The translations under genes and the position numbers were made by a program. Shown here one piece after another: positions 25,177 to 38,880 of a stretch of 64,000 nucleotides of DNA. This DNA comes from Geosiphon pyriformis uo1. Taxonomy: Eukaryota; Fungi; Glomeromycota. The number at the start of each line of letters is the position of its first letter. The stretch's first letter is position 1. The stretch covers positions 310,001 to 374,000 of the forward strand of contig JAAOMT010000703.1 in NCBI GenBank assembly GCA_016748015.1, given 5' to 3'. The notes under the pieces are model-generated. The model saw only the letters and a list, made by a program, of their open reading frames with translations, was not told where the DNA came from and ran no database searches.

Positions 25177-25845
25177 TTAATATTAAGCTCTGTCAAGATC
25201 TCCCAAATCTTCTAACTCTAATTTTCTGTCTTTGAGTATTTCTTGAACTTTTTTTTCAAGAATTATTTGAGTTATTCTGTTCTGTAATTTTTCAAATTGA
25301 ATGTTGGTTATTTTTCCCATTTGGTTAACTGTAATAGAGTCCATTTTCGGATTTAGTAAGATTTCCAGTTTGTCTTAAAATCCCATATGTAGCTTATAGA
25401 TGGCTCTTGCTTGTGTAGTCAAATTGTTCTTTCCCATAAATTGTTCTAGTTGTTGCAGTATTGTTGTGTCGAATAATCATTTTGTTTTATTCATGTATAA
25501 GTTTTGAATGTTCAAGTGTCATCCCAAGTAGAAGTAACAAAAGTTTCTTGGAAATTTGTGTATCCATCATTTCCAAGTTTCTTTGATCAACTCTTGATAT
25601 ATAATGCCACTTGTTGGTTCTTCTATTGCTAATTTTATTTTCAGAATTATTTTGTTAATAGTGTTTTCTGTTTTTCTTTGACTTTTGTATTTGGGTATCT
25701 TTTTGGTATTCCAGTATCAAATGATTTGTTGATTGATAGTAATTTCTATATTTTGTTGTTGAATTAGTTGGAAGAATTGTTGTGCTAGTGAGTGGATATT
25801 GTCAGTGATTTTTATTTTTCTGAAGTCTTTTGTTATGTCTACCAT
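25177..25845 (-). pseudogene. ORF3 of B
   Basis: MVDITKDFRKIKITDNIHSLAQQ...ETWK*WIHKFPRNFCYFYLG; colinear with A ORF3; stop next to the PPT. Confidence 0.75.
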
Positions 25846-25869
25846 GTCTTTATATACTCTTTTTATTGT

Positions 25870-27199
25870 TCAATTTTATGTGTTTGGTTCAATAATTATA
25901 ATTGGTTCTAGATCTTGTGAAATCTCATCTGGTTGGACTATATGGTGATATGATTTCAGTCAATTACCATATGCTGTTTTGGCTAAGATTTTGTTGTCCT
26001 ATCTTAATTTATAAGCTCTATTTCCAAGAATTTCTTCTATGTAAAATGGTCCATCCCATTTGGAGTCAAATTTTCCACTCCATTGTTTTTTCGCTTTAGT
26101 ACAATGTAAAAATACTTTGTCTCTAATTTTGAATTCAACTGGTTTATCTAATAATTGGTTATTATGTCTTTTTTTTTGTTTCTCTTGTGACTTTTGGATG
26201 TTATCAGCTGCTTTTTGCTGTTTGTTTTTTAATGTCTCCATTAAGTTATATGTTTTTCTTAACAATGTTTTTTGGAAATTCTTTTCTGTTATTGGTTCTG
26301 TTAGATATGTTTTGACTTCTATCTCAACTAGTAATGTTGTTGTTCTATCATATACTAATTTAAATGGTATTGCTTGTGTAGTGGCTTGTTTCATTATTCA
26401 ATATGCAAATAATACTAATAGTATGATTAAATCTCATTTGTTTTGGTTTTTTTGGCTGATTTTGGCTATTGCTTTATACAGTGTTCTGTTGAACCTTTTG
26501 ACTAACTCATTTGTTTGTGGATGGTATAGTGATAATAATGGTCTTTTTATTCCAAATCTTTGGCTTAATTCTGCTAATGTTCTATTCACAAAGTGAGTTT
26601 CTTGATCAGATAATAATTTTTTTGGACATCTGTGTTAACAGATTAGATCTTGATAAATGAATTTGACAACGGATTCTGTATCTGCTCTTTGAATGGCTTT
26701 TGCTTCTGGCCATTTAATAAGATAGTCCATGGCTACTGCAATATATCTGTTGTCTCTACTGGTAATTGTTAATGGTCTGACTAAGTTAATTCCAATGTGA
26801 TCAAATGGTTGTTCCACTTTGATTGGTCTTAATGGTTCACTGGATTTTGTTTCTCTTCTTCTTTGACAAGCATCACAATTTTGAACATATTGGATGATGT
26901 CTGAATATATTAATAGCCAATAGTATCTTTTTTTAGTTCTTTCTATGGTTGCTTTTTTATGGAATGTCCTGCTATTAGATCTGAGTGCATATTGAACAAT
27001 ATTGTCTCTTTCTTTGGTTTGTAATTACTTTTGTTGACTGGTCTGGATTTCTTTTGTATTTCTGGTACAGTATATTTTGATGACTAATAAAATATTTTGA
27101 TTGTTGTTTTATGTTGTTTTGTTCTTTTTGAGATAATTTTTCCTTGAACAATTGGTTATTTATATAATATTGGAGTTGTTGATATTTTTGTATATTCAT
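25870..27199 (-). pseudogene. Integrase of B (separate ORF, decayed)
   Basis: Starts MNIQKYQQL; ORF fragments 26975-27199, 26635-26817 and 25999-26394. Confidence 0.9.
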
Positions 27200-27229
27200 T
27201 TTTTGTTATATTTTTGGGTTGAAATGTTT

Positions 27230-30200
27230 TTAGATTTGTCTTATTCATGACAAACTATTGGCATTTCCATTTTTCTTTCCCTTTTTGTAATGTACTGTAT
27301 AATTAAATGGTGAAAGTTCTATTTTTTATCTGATATGGCAGTTGTCTCCAAATTTCTGCTTTTGGATTGAAGTCAATCTTTTGTAATCAGTGTACACATC
27401 AAACTTTTAACTCAAGTATTTTTTCCACTTGATGACAGCCCAATAGATAGCTAAGTGTTCTAGTGCTGAAGTTTCATAGTTCTTTTTAGCTGGACTTAAG
27501 CTTCTACTGGTATAAGCTACTGAATGCTCTTTTTTATTCAGTCTTCTCTGTGATAGTACTACTCCCAATGCATAACCAAATGCATTGGTTGTTATTATAA
27601 ATGGCTTGTTATAATCTGGATAGATCAGTACTGGAACTTGAATAAGCTTTCTTCTCAATGTATCAAAAGCTTTTTGTTGAGTTTTAGTCCATTTGTATTT
27701 AGTGTTCTTTGTTTAAAGTTGGTGTAATAGTTAAGCTATTTTGAAAAAGTTCTTGATAAAGCAGCAGTAGTATCCAGCAAATTCCAAGAATACTCTCAAT
27801 TCTGTGAGATTATTTGGTACTGAAAAGTTCTTGACAATTTCAATTTTGTCTGGATCTATTTTGATTCCATTTTTGTTTACAACATGTCCCAAAAACTTGA
27901 GTTCAGTTTTTTTAAAGAAACATTTGGTTGTATTTAGCTTTAATCTGGCTCTTCTTAGTCTTTTGAACACTTGTTGAAGATAATGCAGATGATCATCAAA
28001 TGTTTTTAAGAACACATTAGTGTTATTTAAGTATATAACTACTGATTTTCATAGTAGTTCAGTATAAACAATTTTCATAAGTCACTGAAAAGTGGCTGAA
28101 GCATTCATCAAGCCAAATGGCATTACTTCGAATTCAAAGTTTTTTTTTTGAGTTGTGAAAGCTGTTTTCTCTTTGTTTTCTGGTTTCATGGCTATTTGCC
28201 AGTAACCACTGTCTAAGTCTAATGTTAAAAACCATTTCTTTCTTTCAAAAGCATCGAAAAGTTCTTGAATCTTTGGAGTTGGGTAGCTGTCTTCTTTTGT
28301 TACTTTATTCAGTTTCCAGTAATCCACACAAAAGCAAAATTTTCCATTTTTCTTATGAATTAGCACTACTGGTGACAACCATGGACTCATTGATGGTTGA
28401 ATTAACCTATTGTCAAGCATCCAATTGATTTCTTGATGAATAATCTCATAGCTAGCTGGTAGTACTCTGTATGTTTTCTGTTTAATTGGCATTGTATCTC
28501 CAGTTTTGATTTAATGTTAGATGATATTAGTTCTGCCAAATTTGTTTTTGCTAACAAAAATGTCATTGAAATTGTTAAGTAATATTTTGAGCTGCATATG
28601 TTATAATGGATCTAAGTTTCTTATGTTCATTTGTTCCAATTGTTTTAATTGGAGCAAATAACATTCTTTTCATCTGTATATAATTTGAGATATAATATCT
28701 ACATATTTACACAGTTGTGGAAAGTCTGGAATGATATCTGGGAATTGGTTTTCAATTTCTGTGGTCAAGTATCCAATAGTGGTTCTTTCTGGTATTTCAA
28801 TAATGTTTTCTGTATTGTTGTAAATGGGGATTTTGATGTGGCTGTGGTTTTTGGCTGGTATGTATAAATTGACTAATCCAATCTTTTCTGATTTATAAAG
28901 TGTTGCTTCTGCTTCAAAAATCTGTGCCTAATCTTTTACTTTTCTCTTTATAACTACCATGTACTGATCATATGGTGGAATGAAGATTGGTTGATGAGTG
29001 GAGATAATTTCTTCCTTGTCAATAATTTCTTCCTTTGCCATATTGACTGGTACATCTATTCTATCTGTTGATCCAAATCTCTATATCCTTCTTGCTGTAA
29101 TTCCTAATTCTTTTCTGTTTTCCAATGATACTAACTGAGCTATTTTTACCAAAGATAGGAATATTGCTTGTGTTATCTTTTCGTTTGGATCTATAATATA
29201 TGTCTTTTCCAAGTCATTTTGTAGCATAACAATGATATTTCCTACATATCCTGCATCAATTATTCCTCCTCTGATGTTGATTCCCTTTTTGGCTAAGCTA
29301 CTCCTAGATGCTAACTGAACCATTGTTGTTGTTGAGATTTCTAATGCTATTTTGAAATCAATGCATGTATACAAATATGGTTTCAATTTGATGACAACTT
29401 TTTCCAAATATTTCAGATCAAACTCTACATCAGTGTTATGTGCACATTCTGGCATAATACCTTCATTGTTATCACTGAACCATTTCAATTCCTGCTCCTT
29501 GGTGAGGTCAGAGAGTGTGATATATGTTTCTGAGTTTGAATTGGAGTTCAAATCATTATTATTTTCATTGCTATATTGAGCAGAGCTGGAACTGTTGTTT
29601 TCATCATCATCATTGTTGAAGTTTGAATTGGGATTGAAAATTGATTCCAATTCTAATGCACAGCTGTTGATTGGTCCTTTTTCCTCTGAGAATATGTAAA
29701 TCATGCATGATAGTAGATTGTAGATAAGATTACACTTATTACAATACTGAAAGTCACATAAGATTAAACAGTAGTTATATAGTCTTGTATTTATTTCTTC
29801 CAATCATTGTTTTTGTTCCTCTCTAGTGGGTGCTAATTTCTGGTAATGTTCATGGAATTGTTCTAGATCCAGAAGGTTTATGATTGGTTCTGGGTCCCAG
29901 TCCAGTTCTATGGGCTCTAAAGATTTATTGTTAATCGTCTTTATTTTTTCTGATGATGCTCCTTCAATTTTGGCAAGAGTCATTCACCAAATTTTGTCAT
30001 CATCATGTGGACATCCATCCAAGCATTTGACTGCTTGTCTCCAGGCAATGTTTATGGGCATTTCTTTTCTTACCCAGTTACTTATGAGAATTGTATATTA
30101 ACATAATTCATTGTATGTTCTTTCTCTCCCAGGAATGTTATTCTATATTCCTTTGTCAAAGAGAGTTTTTTCACAAGTCAAGCATGGCTCATTATCCCAT

Positions 30201-33200
30201 TTTCTAACTTGTTTTGGTCTTTTAAAGCATTTAATGATGCATAGACAACAATAAAATTTAGTTGCCATTAGGTATTCCTTATTGTTACCACAGCATGCAC
30301 CCATTAATGACAATTTTTTGTCACAATTAATGCATGTAAGTTTTGGTTGGCAATAGGCAGATTGTTGTGGTGTGGTGTGGATATAGCAATTATAAGTGAT
30401 GATAGTGGTTGATATTGGTTCTTCCGTCTCTTTTTTTTTTTCTTTTGTATTTTCCTCCTACTCTTAATTTATTAACTCTTCCTGGTTGGTGTTGGTTCTC
30501 CAGACTTGGTCTGAATTCCAGGTAGGTTCTTCTTTTCTCTTTTCTTTTCCCTTGTTGTCTTATGAAAGTATTAGTGGTAACTCATTGTGGTTTTCATCAG
30601 CTCAAGAGACTTGGTATGCTTCCCAGGTAAGTTTCTATTTTTTTCCTCTAATTTGAGGAGTAGTGTTGATATATTGGCGGTTTTGAAATGACCACATGTG
30701 ACTGGTATACATGTGTGTTGACCATTCTGGCTAAGTTGAAGCTCTTGCATATTCCAGTTTAGTGTTGCATTGGTCTTGGACAGCCAGTTGTTATCAACAA
30801 ACACTTGGTATTGTATTGTTTCTATTACTAGAATTTTGATGGGTACTATGATGCCATTAATTTCAATAGATAAGTCATCTATCTCACCAATTGGAGTTTT
30901 GGTCACTCCATTAGCTGTGATAATTCATGTGCTGGCAGCTCAATCAACTCAGTAATCTAATTGGTCTATAAGTTGTCTTGTGATAATACTGTCAGCTAAT
31001 CCACTGTCTAGGATCAGTTTGATGGGGTAGCCATCAACTTTGACATCTGTGTACATGGCAGTGATAGGTTTTTCTTTAAGAGTGGCTTCACTGAATAATG
31101 GTGTGACTAACAGTTCCTCGAGTTCAAATGGGAAGATGGCATTCAGTGATTCATTTTCAGTGATAGTAGCTGGTAGAATGTTGCTGATAAGAGTTGGTTG
31201 TTGGTTGGTTTTTGGATTATTGGGTTGGACATCTTCTGAGGTAATCAAAAGACTTAAATAGTGTTGGGAATTCAGGTTTTGGGCATGCCCAGTTCCTGAA
31301 TTCTGAGAATGTGATCCTGTTGATTGGTGGGAGGAGCTGGGAATCAGTTGGTAAACAATCATTACTGATCTCCAATTTTGGGTAACTCTTGATCTAGGGT
31401 TTCCTTATGTCATTTGAGCTGGGTTTGATGGTGGTGTTTGAACTGCAGGTGTCTGATAAATTATTTGTGGCTGTGGTGGTTAATATATTACTGGTGGCTG
31501 TAATTAATAAACTGGAGGTTGATATACAGGTGGTTAATATATTGGCTGTTGTATCATTGACAAGTAAGTCAGTTGATATAGTGCTAGGTTAGGTTGGTAA
31601 CTTAGAGTTGGAAACTGGTGATCAGAATTTCAATATTGATTTTCCAATTGTTGGTTATTTATCCTTAACCTATAGTCAATTCTTAAATGATCTTGTTTAC
31701 CACAGTAATAGCAAATACAAATCTCCTGCTGCCACTATTGATTGGTTGAGAATAATAGACGTGACTGATTCTAGAAATGATTTGCATTTCCTTGATTGTT
31801 GTGTTGTTGTAGAGATTGATAGATTGCTTGATTGTTAGCTAAGTATCTTTCTAATTTTTGGTTAATGGAATTACTGAATTGTTTCAACTTAGAATCTAAT
31901 TCAGATAATCTGTTTATCACTAGATTGACAGCTTGGGTGTGGTTAGCTTCAAGTTTAGCTGTTTCAAAATCTCTGGCATTTGTAATGGTGGCTTGAAGAT
32001 CTACAGGATGCATTGAACGTACATGTTGAAGAATGCTACTGTATAATCCACAAATAAACTGGTTTAAAATCTGAGATGCTGTAAAATAGTCAGCTTGAAT
32101 TGCTTGGATTTGGCACAAGTTTTTGTGGAAGCATTCCAAGTAAGTGATAACTGTTTCAGTTTCTCCTTGTTTGATTGTGGTAAAGGTGTTGGCTAGGCAA
32201 TTAATACTGTTATTATTACTGAAATATCCCAAAAATGCAATTTTAAATTCCTGGAATGTTTGAGATTTGGTGACTAAATTTTGATATCATAAGTCAGTAG
32301 TATCTTGTAAAAAATAGGAGATGACTTAGAGTGTTCTTGCATTATTCCATCTATTGGCCATGATGGCCTTTTTGATGTTATTAAGCCATACCTGGGCATT
32401 GCCTTCCTTGTCAGTGAATTTTTCAAGTTTTGCTATTGGAGTGTAGATCATTAGATCCAAGTTTGGTTGCTGAAGTTGTTGTTGTGACTGTTGAAGTGGC
32501 TGTTGTGGTTGTTGGGGTGGTTGAAGTAACTGCTACTGAATTGGTTCAATAATCAGTTCAATTGATGGTTGATCAATAATGATTACTGGAGATAAGTTTT
32601 GCTGATTAATTGTTTTGGGGTTTGTATTGTTCAGATTTTGAGGAGTTTGAAAGTTCAGAGTTTCAATTTCCAGATTTTTTAAGTTTAGATGTTGCTAAAT
32701 TTAAAGGTTCAGAGTTTCAACTTCTGGGTTTTTGGGGATTGGGTTCTGGTAAGTAAATTCTTAATTTTCAGATTCTTCTTTCTCTTCTTTCTGTTCTCCT
32801 TCCAATTTCATTATTTCTCAAAAACTCATGGTTCCGAAATCTGGTTGGGGTGACAAGGATTGAAGTCCTGATGGCATTGGTAATTGTGACTTAAATTCTT
32901 CAAAATACACGCCATATGGTTCTAGAAGGTCTTTTTTTCTTTGTTTACTCTAAAATGGGAATTGTTCAAATGTTGATGTTGTGGTTAATATAGATGCACC
33001 TGTTGATGTGATGTTAATGGTACTTCCAGGTGTATAGTAGTATAATAAGTTTGTTGGTAATTCTATTTTTGTTTTCTTCCACATTAGTAGTTGTATTTCT
33101 TTAGATGTTACTGCTAGTGTTTGTAATCTTCTTTTGCTTTTGTTTGTGTAGATAATAGGGAATTGTTGTTGGGTGTATCTCTCAATGATTTGGTTGATTT

Positions 33201-33456
33201 TTTTAATGATGGGTGCAAAACTGTAGTTTTTTGGTAGACTAGTGTGTTGAAATAATTCTGTATAGAAGTTTTTTCTTGTTGATTCAATATTAACTGTTCC
33301 TCCTAAGCAGTTTGTGATTTTATTATTGATGTAGAAGTTGAAGACTGATTCTGCTGAGAAGTGGTTATTGTTTAATCTTAATTGTTGACTATACTGTTGA
33401 AACAAAGATTTAGCAAATCCTTAATGGTTTGTTCCTATGTTTTCTGGTTTTGCCAC
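27230..33456 (-). pseudogene. gag-PR-dUTPase-RT-RNaseH polyprotein of B (decayed)
   Basis: LILDSG, GIIDAGYVG, LDLDSGYWQ, MPFGL and RNase H fragments in the ORF track. Confidence 0.9.
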
Positions 33457-34381
33457 TTTTGGATGATTGCTGTTGGTGCTGGTTCTCTGTAAGATTATAC
33501 CTCACAGAGAGCACCAAATGTTACAAATGATTATTTGGGGTCTCAAAGCAAATAACAAATCTATAACTTGGTGCTCAATTGATGAATGGATGTTGATATC
33601 TGAAGATTTGATTGTTCTAAAGGTTTTGGTGTTGAGTTTTTTGTATAATAAACAGAAATTTGATAGTTGTTTTCAATAGTCTCCTGGAATCACAATTCCA
33701 TCAAATTTTTTTCTTAGCGTGGTGGCCAGTAATCCTCTTGGTAAGTTATCTTTAAATCTATGAGTGTTCTACTCTTGTTTCATGGGTCTTTTACCAGTTC
33801 CTATGATGTCTGTAATTCAGCACTTTAATTTTTAATTAATTAGTCAACTAAAAAAGAAATACAAAAGAAATAAAAGAAAATAAAGAATTTAAACAAAAGC
33901 AATTGCAAGTTAGTATCCCATCAATGGCTGTGATCAAGAGCTATTGTTCCAGTGTGGTTAAGTATTAACTACTATCAACATGAAGTGTTAATAATGGAGA
34001 GTGAATTGAGATAGTGAATAATTATTTATTGATATTTTGTGAATGGAAGATTGTTTTGATTAGATCTAAACTGAGAGATCTCTAACTAAAAGATTTTGTC
34101 TTTTCTACTTCTAGCATTACTGCTATATATACATAATTGAGATTCCTCAATTCCTCAATTTTTTATACCAGGAATCCTAGAATTCTTGAAATTCTGCAAT
34201 TCTTTTTGAGAGAAATTTTGAAATTCTGGAATCCTGTAATTTCTTGTATGAGAATTCTGAAATTTCTGAAATCCTGCAATTTTTCTTGAGAGGAATCCTG
34301 AAATTCCATATTTACTATGGCTACTTCTGATTGGCTAATTTATATGTTAATATACTTCTTATATTTTATGAATAATACTAT

Positions 34382-34924
34382 TAATCATATAAAATAGCAT
34401 ATTGATGAAAGTCAATATAAGTGTTAGTAAAAATGTTAATGCCTATAAATTTACAGTTAGAATTTTTGTATTTAAAATATACAAAATCAAAAATAAACAA
34501 CTTGTCAATTTAAGAAATAACTTATTTTTAACTATATTATAAATAAAATTTTACCAGGTAAAACAATCCAAAATGAGTTTATAGTATTTAATTTAATATA
34601 CATTACAAACACATTCAAAAAATTCAAAATATTGAAACAAGATACAGATTGCAAAGTTAAGTTTCCTAATTTTAATTTATACAAAGTTTACATTAAGAAA
34701 ATTTTAGATAAATATATTTAGTTTGAGTTTTTAATAAATATTTTAAAAATATTATTCTTTATTTCATCTAGAATTATCTGTATTGTTAAGTTTAAAATAT
34801 AATTAAAGTATCAAAATCAAAGATCTTCTAAGTTCTATTGAATGTTTTCCTTTTCTAATTTTTTCATTAACTCTTTTATAAAAATACTATTATTTGTAGT
34901 ATTATCAAAGATAATAACAAAAAG
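34382..34924 (-). pseudogene. hAT transposase central remnant (second catalytic D, CxxH, RWNS motifs)
   Basis: LFVIIFDNTTNNSIFIKEL (TxDNAxNN-like), F*YFNYILNLTIQ (RCFNHILNL-like) and KLILDCFTW*NFIY (DCPTRWNSTY-like, ~34540-34580). AG acceptor at 34925-34926. Confidence 0.8.
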
Positions 34925-35040
34925 CTGTTAAAAAAAAATAGGTTATAACTAATAAAATTAATAATAAGCTCATATAAAAAAAAAAGTAAATGTAACTCTT
35001 TCTTAAACATCTTTCTTAATCATTTTGGCTAAAAATTTGG

Positions 35041-35257
35041 CTTAAAACAATAATAAAAACCACTTAAGCTAATATTAAGAAAATAAAGTTTTTAATGATA
35101 TGAGCACTGTGATAATTCTGAGTCTCAAATAATGCTAATGCCAAAAATTCAGCTTTAAAACAATGATAAAACCAACTTAAGCCAACATTGAAAAAATACT
35201 GATTTTTAATAATATGGGCATTATAATAACTTTAAGCTTTAAATGATACTAATATGT
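35041..35257. repeat. ~112-bp tandem duplication inside a hAT intron
   Basis: Unit (C)TTAAAACAATRATAAAA..ACTTAAGCYAAYATTRA...TTTTTAATRATATGRGCAYTRTRATAA occurs at ~35041 and ~35153. Confidence 0.65.
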
Positions 35258-38200
35258 TGTTACTCATAGAATATAAGAATTAAATATTAGTACATAAATT
35301 AGGCAATCAGAATAAACATAATAAAAAGTGAAATTCCAGAATTCCTCTCAAAAGAATTGCAGAATTCCAGAAATTTCAGGATTCTTATATAAAGAATTGC
35401 AGGATTCCAGAATTCCAGAATTTTTTTCAAAGGAATTGTAGGATTTCAGGAATTCCAAAATTTCTGGCTAAAAAATTAAGGAATTCAAAGAATCTTGTAC
35501 AATAAAATTTATATATATATAGCAGTAGTATTAGAAGCTAGAAAAAGAGACAGAAAGACTGAGAGTCAGTAGGACTCTCAGAGTCAATTAGACTTGTAAG
35601 TCATAATTATTAGAATCCTTTAGTTAGAGATCTTTCAGTTTGAATTTGATTTAAACAATCTTCTATATCACAAATATTAAATAAATAATTATTTCACTAT
35701 TTTAATTCACTCTCATTACTAACACTTCATGTTGATAGTAATTGATACTTAATACCACTAAAACAATAGCTCTTGATCACAGCTATTAACAGAATACTAA
35801 CACACAAATTGTCTTGGCTTATTTTTTTTATTTTTATTTTTATTTTCTTTTATTTTTTTTGTTATTTCTTTGAGTTTACTAATTGATTAAGAATTAAGCA
35901 CTGAATTATTGACATCAAAAATTGCCTAGTAAAAGACCTCTGTAAGTGAGTAGAGCATGTAAAGGAATTATGGATTACTTACCAGAAGAGTACTGGTCAT
36001 TAAGCTAAAGAAAAAAATTGACAAAATTGCAATTCTGAAAAGTTATGGATAAACAACTATTAATTCTCTGTCTATTATACAAAGAACTCAACAAAAAACT
36101 TTCAGATACAAAACCTTCAAATTTTACCAACTGTGTTATCAATTAAACACCAAGTTACGGATTTGTTATTTGATTTGAGACCCCAAATAATCACTTGTAA
36201 TATTTGGTGCTTTCTGTGAGATATAATTCTACAGAGAACCAGCACCAACAACAATTATCTAAAAGTGGCAGACCAAGAAAAAACAAGAAAAAATTACTTA
36301 AGATTTGCAAAATCTTTATTTTACTATTACCTTTAAAAAACTCATTAAATTGAAACTCCAATCATTCAAAACCCGATCATTAAAACCCCAAACATTTGAA
36401 AATTACTGTTAATAAACTTGTTAAAAAAAAAACTTGTTAAATTAAAACTTTATTTATTTGAAACCAAATAATTCTAACTCCACTATCATATAAAAAAACT
36501 TATCTTTGATAAAACTTGTTAAAACTCTGACCCAATAGTTTAAAATCTGAACATTCGAAATCTGATAAATTCCAACTCTGCTAGTGTAGAAAGAAAATTA
36601 TCTTTGGTAAAACTCATTAAAAGTTAAAACTTCAATTATTTAAGACTCAATCATTCAAAACCTGAATATTTAAAACTCGATAAGTCTAACTCCACTATTG
36701 GACAAGGAAACTTACTTCAAATAAAATTCATTAAACCTCTAGAAATTCAAAAACTCTGATTATTTAAAGACCCAGTGGAAAAATTCCAGAAAAAAACTAC
36801 CCAGATTCATACTTACCTGTACAAAGACTGCCTTCTTTCATGCCAAAAGTCAGCATTAGGAAAATGTCAATACAAAAAAGACTTAGAGAAGAAAAAGAAA
36901 TTTGAGAATCAGTAGTACCAAAATTAATCAACAAATCATTAAAACTTACCTGATGGCTCTAAGTCACAATTCACTTTTATGTATTATACATTTGAACTCC
37001 GAGAAAGATAAGCCAATCAGCAAGAATTGGGATTAGAACTTAATCCTGATTCAAACTCCATTGATGATGACAATGATTCAAACTTTGTTAAATGACAAAC
37101 AACAATTCAAACTCTGCTTCAAACACCAAACAATATATCATGCTTTTAGATCTTACAATAGAGCAGGAATTAACTAAATTTAGTGATAATAATGAGGGCA
37201 TTATGTCTGAACATACACATAATACAGATGCAAGATTTGAACATGGATATTTTGAACAGACCACTATAGTTAAAAACTCCAGTTACATATAAAATTAGAT
37301 TTACAAATAGCAATAGAAATTACCACAACAATATTGATACAAAAGAAAGATTTAGAAAATTTCACAGAAGCTCAATATTAAAGGAGGAAATAATGTTACT
37401 CAAAGAATATAGGAATTAAATATTAGTACATAAATTAGCCAATCAGAATAAACATAGTAAAAAGTGAAATTCCAGAATTTCTCTCAGAAGAATTGCAAGA
37501 TTCCAGAAATTTCAGGATTCTCATATAAAGAATTGCAGGATTCCAGAATTCCAGAATTCCTCTCAAAAGAATTATAGAATTCCAGGAATTTCAGAATTTT
37601 TGGTTAGAAAATTAAGGAATTCAAGGAATTTTGTACAATAAAATTTATATCTATATAGCAGTAGTATCAAAAGCTAGAAAAAAAGGCAGGAAGACTGAGA
37701 GTCAGTAGGACTCTCAAAGTCAATTAGACTCACAAGTTATAATTATTAGAATCTTTTAGTTAAAGATCTCTCAGTTTGGATTTGATCTAAACAACCTTCC
37801 ACATTACAAATATCAAATAAATAATTATTTCACTATCTTAATCCACTCTTACTATCAACACTTTATGTTAATAATAATTGATACTTAACACCACTGGAAC
37901 AATAGCTCTTGATCATGGCTATTAACAGAATACTAACATGCAAATTGCCTTGGCTTATTTCTTTTATTTTTTCATTTTCATTTTCATTTTCATTTATTTT
38001 CTTCATTATTTCTTTGGGTTTACTAATTGATTAAAAATTAAGCACTGAATTATTAACATTAAGAATTGCCTAAAGATTTTGTATCTGAAGGTTTTTTGTT
38101 GAGTCCTTTGTATAATAAACAAAGAATTAATAGTTGTTTATTCGTAGCTTCTCAGAATCACAATTTTGTCAATTTTTTTTTTTAGCTTGATGGCTGGTAC

Positions 38201-38346
38201 TTTTTTGGTAAGTAATCTGTAATTCCTTTACATGCTTTATCCATTTGCAGGGGTCTTTTACCAGATTTTACCAACTGTATTATTAATTGAGCACCAAGTT
38301 ATGGGTTTGTTATTTAATTTGAGACTCTAAATAATCACTTGTAACA
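35258..38346 (+). mobile_element. Element G: non-autonomous, internally deleted LTR element (LTRs 35258-36202 and 37394-38346; 1.19-kb interior)
   Basis: Perfect TSD ATGT; PBS 36205-36220; PPT ~37380-37393. Interior has the ORF1 start, a degenerate repeat array, a pre-dUTPase fragment (37040-37240) and the last codons of ORF3. Confidence 0.92.
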
Positions 38347-38419
38347 ATGTTACATAATATGCCAATTTTATCATTGACTATTAACTAATCTAAATTTATA
38401 TAAGAATATATATATGTAC

Positions 38420-38880
38420 ATTTAATGTAATTCTATAATTTTTTAATACTTTAAAAAATTTATTCACAATATTTATTTTACTATGTTGTCTACTTATTAA
38501 TTTAAAATTAATTATTGTTTATTAAAAGTTTCAATTATTATTAATATAATAAGTAATAATGAAAGCAAAAGCTTTGTTATTGGAAAATGTTCAAAGATCT
38601 AATATAAAAAAATTGTAAACTTAATAGTTTTTAAGTATGCCTATTATATTATAAATATAAATAAAAGAAAAAAAACATTTCATAATAAAAATAATACTTA
38701 TTTTTAATTTTTGTCTATTTAAGATATAGAGTTTTATGACTTTATTCTTAATTATATCAGCACAAACAAGTTGAGAAATAGGATTCAAATATTAGAATAT
38801 TTTAATTAATTCAGAGTTTTATATTATAAAAGTAATTGCTAGTAGTTGATAAGCCAAATAATAATCATATCATAAAGTTT
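38420..38880 (-). pseudogene. hAT transposase N-terminal part with first catalytic D and a ~61-nt intron (38641-38701)
   Basis: NSELIKIF*YLNPISQLVCADIIKNKV, then intron (A/G)TAAGT...ATAG, then FFILDL*TFSNNKAF...YINNN*N (SFTxDxWTS...YIDxxW) and RQHSKINIVNKFFKVLKNY (GxHSGxNIA). Confidence 0.8.

Larger units (their letters stand above)
24313..34377 (-). mobile_element. Element B: full-length Ty3/Gypsy (LTRs 24313-25162 and 33519-34377)
   Basis: TSD CCAT/CTAT; PBS 33500-33516; PPT; same domain order as A. Confidence 0.95.

Noticed and set aside
24313-34377. Absolute insertion ages from LTR divergence
   Set aside because: Hypermutation violates the clock assumption and no rate is available; only nesting order is supportable.
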